A stretch of DNA of 64,000 nucleotides from Dehalococcoidia bacterium (GTDB taxonomy: Bacteria > Chloroflexota > Dehalococcoidia > Lucifugimonadales > UBA3495): positions 3,601,343 through 3,665,342 of the forward strand of contig OZ247430.1 in assembly GCA_965232895.1 (NCBI GenBank), read 5' to 3'. The notes under the pieces were generated by a model. That model ran no database searches. It was not told the DNA's origin and saw only the letters and a program-made list of their open reading frames with translations. The translations under genes were made by a program, and so were the position numbers. This document shows positions 58,219 through 64,000 of this stretch, piece by piece (positions within the stretch are counted from its first letter, which is position 1; each line of letters begins with the position of its first letter).

Positions 58219-59721
58219 CTAGTCGTTGCCGGCAGGTCTGGGCTGCGGCTCCGGACTGACCGGCGGTTTGGGCAGGGCGGTGCGGTTGCTAACCGCTCGG
58301 TAAAGGGAAATCCCCGCTCCGGTGGCAAGCGCGGCGCCCAACATCAAAAACGCCCAGCGCAGGCCGGCGACAAACGCCGTGGCCACCTCGGGATTGACCG
58401 CTTCCAGCTTCGGCTCCACCCCGTAGGTAGCCATGGTGGATACCACGATCGTAGTCGAAACGGCGACGCTCACCACGTTCGCCGAATTCCTCACCAATTG
58501 CGTCAGCGCCGAAACTACCCCGTAGCGGCTGCGGTCCACCACGCTGAGGATGCTGCTGCTGTTGGGCGAGTTGAAAATTCCATTGCCGGAGCTCTGCATC
58601 ATCATGGTGGCGATCACCAACCACACTGGAGAATGTTCCTCCAGCGCGAACGCCAATACGAAGGCTCCGGCTGCGGTCAACGCCATGCCACACACCGTGG
58701 GAATCCGCCATCCGAAGCGATCGGCCATGCGGCCGCTGAACGGTCCGATGAGCACCATGCATATGGCCGGCGGGATCATCATCAAGCCCACCTGCTCCGG
58801 GGCGTACAGCAGGACCCGCTGCAGGTAAAACGGCATCATAAAGCGCGCCGCTGACGATCCGAAGAAGGACAACCACGCCGCGGCGACTCCCAGGCCGAAC
58901 ACCTGGTTGGTGAACAGGCGCAGGTCCAGCATCGGCGCTCGTATTCGCAATTCCCACCAGACGAACGCGGCCATCAGCACCGCAACCGCAAGTCCGCCCA
59001 CGATCACCGGCGCGGATGTCCAGCCGAGCCCGTTGCCGTTGCCCACCACCAGCAGAAGGACGAGCAATATCACTCCGGAAACGGCCGCGCCGGCCCAATC
59101 AAATGAGGAAGCGCCTTGTCCCTGGCGGTACTGACCCGACCCCGGTCCCCGCTCCAGCAGAAGCCATGCGAGCACGAGGACCAGGCCACCCGCCGGAACG
59201 TTGACGAAAAACACCGATTGCCAACCAAACCAGGCCACCAGGAAACCGCCCAGGGCTGGCCCGGCGATCGCGCCCAACCCGACGACGCTCAGGTGCGTTC
59301 CCAGAGCCTTGCCGCGCTCTGAGTCTGGGAATGCCGCGATCATCATGCCCATGCCGCAGCCCTGTACCATGCCGGCGCCGATGCCCTTGAGCACGCGCAT
59401 GACAATGAGCATTTCGAGGGTGGCGGAGAGCGCCGCGCCCAGCGAGGCCAGGACAAAAATGGCGGTACCCGTCAGGTATACCCTGCGCCGCCCCACCACG
59501 TCGCCCAGTCGTCCCATGGGCAGCAACAGCACGCTGATGACCAGCGCATAGGCGACAACTACCCATTGGACCGACTCCAGTGTCGCGTCGAAATGGGATT
59601 CGATACCGGGCAGCGCAACGAGGACACTGCCATGATCAACCACCGAGAAAAAGGTGCCGGCGGCTATGGTCCAGAAAGCCCACCACTTGTAGGACCGGCT
59701 GGACGCGATGCGTTGAATCAA
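58219..59721 (-). CDS. MFS transporter, DHA2 (EmrB/QacA-like)
   Basis: GRLGDVVGRRR, GPALGG, PMLDLRLF; about 14 TM segments. Confidence 0.88.
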   Translation of the reverse strand: MIQRIASSRSYKWWAFWTIAAGTFFSVVDHGSVLVALPGIESHFDATLESVQWVVVAYALVISVLLLPMGRLGDVVGRRRVYLTGTAIFVLASLGAALSATLEMLIVMRVLKGIGAGMVQGCGMGMMIAAFPDSERGKALGTHLSVVGLGAIAGPALGGFLVAWFGWQSVFFVNVPAGGLVLVLAWLLLERGPGSGQYRQGQGASSFDWAGAAVSGVILLVLLLVVGNGNGLGWTSAPVIVGGLAVAVLMAAFVWWELRIRAPMLDLRLFTNQVFGLGVAAAWLSFFGSSAARFMMPFYLQRVLLYAPEQVGLMMIPPAICMVLIGPFSGRMADRFGWRIPTVCGMALTAAGAFVLAFALEEHSPVWLVIATMMMQSSGNGIFNSPNSSSILSVVDRSRYGVVSALTQLVRNSANVVSVAVSTTIVVSTMATYGVEPKLEAVNPEVATAFVAGLRWAFLMLGAALATGAGISLYRAVSNRTALPKPPVSPEPQPRPAGND

Positions 59722-59818
59722 ATTGGTGACCGCCTACCGCGGATCGTGCTGAAGGTTGGGGTGACTATCATACTCCTTTTCGAAAGTTGACGTGGCCGAA
59801 CCATCACGTGCGCCAATA

Positions 59819-61069
59819 TTATTCCAGTCGACGCACTCGACCGAGCAAAGCCCAGCAAGCCCCAGACGCTCCCAGACCCAGCACGGCGATGATCGCCATG
59901 GCGGTGGACGGGGACGTCACGTCTGAGAGGATTCCCACACCCAGGCTGGCTACGACCAGGAACCCCCGATCGAAACTCTGCAAGCTGGTCATCCGTCCCC
60001 GCAGGCTATCCGGCGCCAGCGTCTGAATCAATGTGCCTCGCGCAGTTCGGAAGACCGCCTGGCTGAATGCCATGGCCGCGATGAACAGGAACGCCAGGGC
60101 GATCCACTTTGAAAACGCGAAAATCAGCAGCGTAACGGAGCTGGCGACCGCCGCGCCAAGCACGACCTTGCCCTTGGGGAATATAAACCCGAATGACGCC
60201 ATGATCAGCGCGGCCAGCAGGCCTCCGACTCCGGTGACCGCCAGCAGGTAGCCACCCACGTCCGCGTCCCGCTTCAGCACCTCGGTGGTGAACACGGGAA
60301 ACAGGAACCACGCGGGATGCAGGATGATATTGGGGATGATCGACAATATCATCAACTGGAAGAAGGCTCGCTCTCCGCTCCATACGTAACGCAGCCCCTC
60401 GATCATGTTGGACATCGCGGAACCCCGCTGTCGGGCATCACCGGGCCGATGATATGGAGTGCGGAGCCGGAAAATCATCGCTACGTTGACCAGGTAAAGG
60501 CACGCCTCAATCGTAAAGTTCCAGAAGAACCCCAGCGTGAAGATCAGTATGCCCCCGACGAATGGACCTACGATGCGGGTGCCGGTGATGGTCAGCACGT
60601 TGGTGGCCAGGGCGTTGCCCAGCATTTCCCGGGGCACGGTGCCGGCGATCAATGCCTGGCGCATGGGTTGCACCGTGGAATGACAGCATCCGGCCAGGAT
60701 CACGTACAGGTAGGCGTGCCAAATCTGCACCTTGCCCGACAGGATCAGCAGAGCGAAAGCAAAGGCGAGCCCGGCCATGGTGGTTTGCAGTCCGATGACC
60801 AACTTCCGTCGGTCGAACCGGTCGCTCAGCACACCGCCCCAGGGACCGACCACCAGCCCGGGCAGCGTGTTGATCCCGCCTACCGTCACCACCAACAGAC
60901 CGGCGATGTTTGACCCTTCGGATAACTCCCGCACCAGCCAGCCGACGCTCAGGAGCTGCAACCACTGCGCGTTGTTGGCAAAGAAATTACCGAACCACAG
61001 GTAGCGGAAGTCCCGGTAGGCCAACCAGGCATCGAGTGTGTGCAGCCGGGGGAGCCGCGCAGATCGCAA
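59819..61069 (-). CDS. MFS transporter
   Basis: YRDFRYLW and GVLSDRFDRRK motifs. Confidence 0.86.
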   Translation of the reverse strand: MRSARLPRLHTLDAWLAYRDFRYLWFGNFFANNAQWLQLLSVGWLVRELSEGSNIAGLLVVTVGGINTLPGLVVGPWGGVLSDRFDRRKLVIGLQTTMAGLAFAFALLILSGKVQIWHAYLYVILAGCCHSTVQPMRQALIAGTVPREMLGNALATNVLTITGTRIVGPFVGGILIFTLGFFWNFTIEACLYLVNVAMIFRLRTPYHRPGDARQRGSAMSNMIEGLRYVWSGERAFFQLMILSIIPNIILHPAWFLFPVFTTEVLKRDADVGGYLLAVTGVGGLLAALIMASFGFIFPKGKVVLGAAVASSVTLLIFAFSKWIALAFLFIAAMAFSQAVFRTARGTLIQTLAPDSLRGRMTSLQSFDRGFLVVASLGVGILSDVTSPSTAMAIIAVLGLGASGACWALLGRVRRLE

Positions 61070-61090
61070 AATGGGTTCCTCTGCGGTCGC

Positions 61091-62350
61091 CTAACGCAGC
61101 GTCCGCACGCGTCGTAGCGTCGCGAAACATCCCAGGGTGACAGTGAGGCCAAGACAGCCGAGGGCCAGGATCGCCATCGACGCGGATGTAAAGTCAGCAA
61201 AAATACCCACGACTACGCTCACGCCGATCAGGAAAGAACGCTCGTAGGCCAACAGTGCCATGGTGCGCGCGCGGAACCGGTCCGGCACGATGGTCAGTAC
61301 GAGGGTTCCCTGGGTGGTGCGGAAATACGCCTGGAAAAACGACATGGCGCCCAGCACGACAAATGCCGCCCACAGCCACGAAGAGAAGGCGAACAGTATG
61401 GTGGCGAGTGACGACAGCGCCGTCGCTCCGAACAGGATGTACCCGCGCCTGAAGGGCAGGCCCCAGGTGGCAATGGTGAGAGTGGAGAGCAATCCGCCCA
61501 CGCCGGTAATCGCCAGCAGGTAGCCACCCATGTTGACCTGTGCCTGCAGCACTTCCACGGTGAAAAGCGGCAGCAAAAACCACACCGGATGCAGGATGGT
61601 GTTCGGGATCACCGATAGCACCGCTATTTCCAGGACTTCGCGCTGGTTCCGCCAGAGGTGGAGCAGGCCGTCCTTGATGTCTCCCAGTGGGGTGAAGCGC
61701 CGTTGTTCCTCCACCGGTACGGTCCCAGTGTACGGCGTCCGCATCGGGAGCAACATCAGCACCACGCCGAGGTACAGCGCCGCTTCCAGCGCGAAGTTCC
61801 AGAAATATCCCAACGTGAAGATGAGAAGACCGCCGATGAAAGGACCGAAAACCCTCGTTCCCGTGACGGTAAGGGTATTGATTGCGTAGGCATTGACCAA
61901 CGCATCCCGAGGGACGGTATTGGAAATCAGCACCTGCTGTAACGGCTGGGTGATGGCCAGGCATGAGCCGGAAATCAGAACGTACGCGTAGGCGTGCCAG
62001 GGACGCACGTAATCAGTGGCGACCAGGAAAGCGAAGCCCAAAGCCAGCACGGCGCTGACAGACTGCAATGCGATCGCCAGCTTGCGACGATCCAGGCGGT
62101 CGCCCAGCACTCCGGTTATGGGATTTACCAGGAGTCCGGGCAGGGTGTTAAGGGCGCTGACGGACACTACCAGTAAACCGCCAATCCCGGAGCCTGCGGA
62201 CAGGTCTTTCACCAGCCAACCGATGCTCAGGAGTTGCAGCCATTGGCCTGTGAACCCACAAAAATTGGCCAGCCATAATAGCCGGAAGTCCCGGTAGGCC
62301 AGCCAAGCGTCCAGGGTATGCAGACGCGGAAGTCTTAGCGACGGAATGAC
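61091..62350 (-). CDS. MFS transporter, paralog of the downstream gene (start uncertain)
   Basis: Shared LPRLHTLDAWLAYRDFR N-terminus; GDRLDRRK. Confidence 0.82.
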   Translation of the reverse strand, partial: VIPSLRLPRLHTLDAWLAYRDFRLLWLANFCGFTGQWLQLLSIGWLVKDLSAGSGIGGLLVVSVSALNTLPGLLVNPITGVLGDRLDRRKLAIALQSVSAVLALGFAFLVATDYVRPWHAYAYVLISGSCLAITQPLQQVLISNTVPRDALVNAYAINTLTVTGTRVFGPFIGGLLIFTLGYFWNFALEAALYLGVVLMLLPMRTPYTGTVPVEEQRRFTPLGDIKDGLLHLWRNQREVLEIAVLSVIPNTILHPVWFLLPLFTVEVLQAQVNMGGYLLAITGVGGLLSTLTIATWGLPFRRGYILFGATALSSLATILFAFSSWLWAAFVVLGAMSFFQAYFRTTQGTLVLTIVPDRFRARTMALLAYERSFLIGVSVVVGIFADFTSASMAILALGCLGLTVTLGCFATLRRVRTLR

Positions 62351-62629
62351 GGGACTCTCTCTTGGTATGGGTGGGCGCGCCGCTCGCAAAATGCCGAAGG
62401 GCGGTGCAGGCAAAAACATGGTGCGCCCCGGCGCAAGGGTTGTCAATACGGCCGGTTTTTGGGTGGTCAAACCGGGCCCGAAATGGACGGGAATCCTGTG
62501 CCAGTGGGCGCAGACCGCTATGATATGATGAGTTTCGATCCTGCGAATCTGGAGCCGGGGGTTGGTCGCGCGAAAAGCTGCGAATCGTACTGTCGCTCCC
62601 AGTATCCGCTAATCCTTCCGGGTGAAGAA

Positions 62630-64000
62630 ATGCACGTAGACTCCCAGCGCGCCTTGATGGCTCACCTGCTACGCCGGGCCGGATTCGGCGCCACACCGGC
62701 GGAACTCGACACCTATTGCGGATGGGGTTATGACGCGACGGTGGAATGGCTGCTGCAACCGGAGGGGCAGCCCGCGCTCGACGAAGACATCATTGAGCGG
62801 TACTACATCGACTGGAAGGAAAGCCGCAACATCGAGGGTGCGCTGACCGAAACGGTTTACCGCATGAACTGCAACGCCAGCGCGAGACCTCTCCAGGAAA
62901 AAATCGCGCTTTTCTGGCACGGCGTGTTCGCCACCGGTTTGGCCAAGGTGCTGCATGAGAAGACGATGCTCAACCAGGTCGATATGTTTCGGCAACACGG
63001 TCTGGGCAATTTCGAGGAGTTGTTGCGTCGGCTGGCCCGCGACCCGGCAATGATTTTCTGGCTGGACAACAATTTCAACCACAAAAACGCGATCAACGAA
63101 AATTGGGGGAGGGAACTACTGGAACTGTTCTCCATGGGCGTGGGCATGGACGGACGCGCCAACTACACGGAGGAGGATGTCCAGGAGGCCGCCCGCGCGT
63201 TTACGGGCTGGACAATCGACGACGACAACGTAGCCAGCATCCCCTACGGCAAAACGCCCTGGCTGTTCCGCTACGATCCGGAGGACCACGACGAAGGACT
63301 GAAGATCTTCCTGGGCGAAACGGGCAACTTCGACGGCGACGACATAATCAAGATCATTTGTCGTCAGCCCTCGACGGCGAGATTCATCAGCCGGCATCTG
63401 TACAACTTCTTCGTAGCTGACGACGTGCAAGTGCCGGCGTGGCAAACCACACCCCCGTCCGATCCGGCCGCCATCGCGGCGCTGGAGGCGGAATATTTCC
63501 GCTCCGACTACGACATTCGATCCATGCTGCGCTTGATGTTCACGTCGGACTTCTTCAAGTCGGAGAGTGCGCGATTCGCCAGGGTAAAAAGCCCCGCCGA
63601 GGTGGTGGTTGGCACGCTGCACCTCGTGGGCGACTTCAAATTCCCCAGGGTAGGTTTCATGGATACGGCGCTGGAGTGCCGCTACATGAACCAGGACCTG
63701 CTGAATCCCCCGTCGGTAGAAGGCTGGCATACCGGCAGGGAATGGATCGACAGCGGCAGTATGGTCGAGCGCATCAATTTCGTGGCCGACAATCTGGGAG
63801 ACGCGACCCACCCCGGCGTGCGAACCATGGTGGACGCGCTTTTGGACCGTCACCCTGACGCAACCGGAATAGTGGACGATTGCCTGGAACTGCTGGGTAG
63901 TGTCGTGCTCCGCGAAGACAACCGCAATGCGTTGGTCGCCCAGGCGGAACAAGCCCTTGACGCGGGAGCCGACATCGAGGAAGTCATCCTCAATGCCCTC
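62630..64000 (+). CDS. DUF1800 family protein (runs off the window end)
   Basis: Manual translation: AHLLRRAGFG, EKIALFWH, INENWGRELLELFSMG, ARAFTGW, PPSVEGW. Confidence 0.88.
   Translation, partial: MHVDSQRALMAHLLRRAGFGATPAELDTYCGWGYDATVEWLLQPEGQPALDEDIIERYYIDWKESRNIEGALTETVYRMNCNASARPLQEKIALFWHGVFATGLAKVLHEKTMLNQVDMFRQHGLGNFEELLRRLARDPAMIFWLDNNFNHKNAINENWGRELLELFSMGVGMDGRANYTEEDVQEAARAFTGWTIDDDNVASIPYGKTPWLFRYDPEDHDEGLKIFLGETGNFDGDDIIKIICRQPSTARFISRHLYNFFVADDVQVPAWQTTPPSDPAAIAALEAEYFRSDYDIRSMLRLMFTSDFFKSESARFARVKSPAEVVVGTLHLVGDFKFPRVGFMDTALECRYMNQDLLNPPSVEGWHTGREWIDSGSMVERINFVADNLGDATHPGVRTMVDALLDRHPDATGIVDDCLELLGSVVLREDNRNALVAQAEQALDAGADIEEVILNAL

Overview
High-GC bacterial chromosomal segment. 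The gene content (many LLM/F420-type oxidoreductases, SDRs, CoA-transferases, MFS transporters, PAC2, DUF1800) suggests Chloroflexota, probably Dehalococcoidia/SAR202-like; this is inference only. Core genes are ybeY, pgpA, infC-rpmI-rplT, moeA, pheS/pheT, ribH, a xanthine-dehydrogenase-family operon and an RND efflux pair. No rRNA, tRNA, CRISPR array, transposase or integrase was seen. Four observations stand out. (1) Two genes about 0.5 kb apart, a UGSC-type protein and an AhpD-type CxxU protein, each carry an in-frame TGA at a redox position followed by a perfect SECIS-like hairpin, pointing to a selenoprotein module the ORF track splits. (2) A TA-flanked MITE occurs twice; the second copy disrupts a DUF4058 gene and contains a second foldback MITE with a 10-bp target duplication. 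(3) Three PaREP1/HEPN genes repeat with an exact 416-bp period, conserved ends and divergent cores. (4) Nuclease/toxin-antitoxin cassettes are repeatedly wedged into host operons (for example between pheS and pheT) with no mobility genes. Family assignments come from motif recognition, not database searches.
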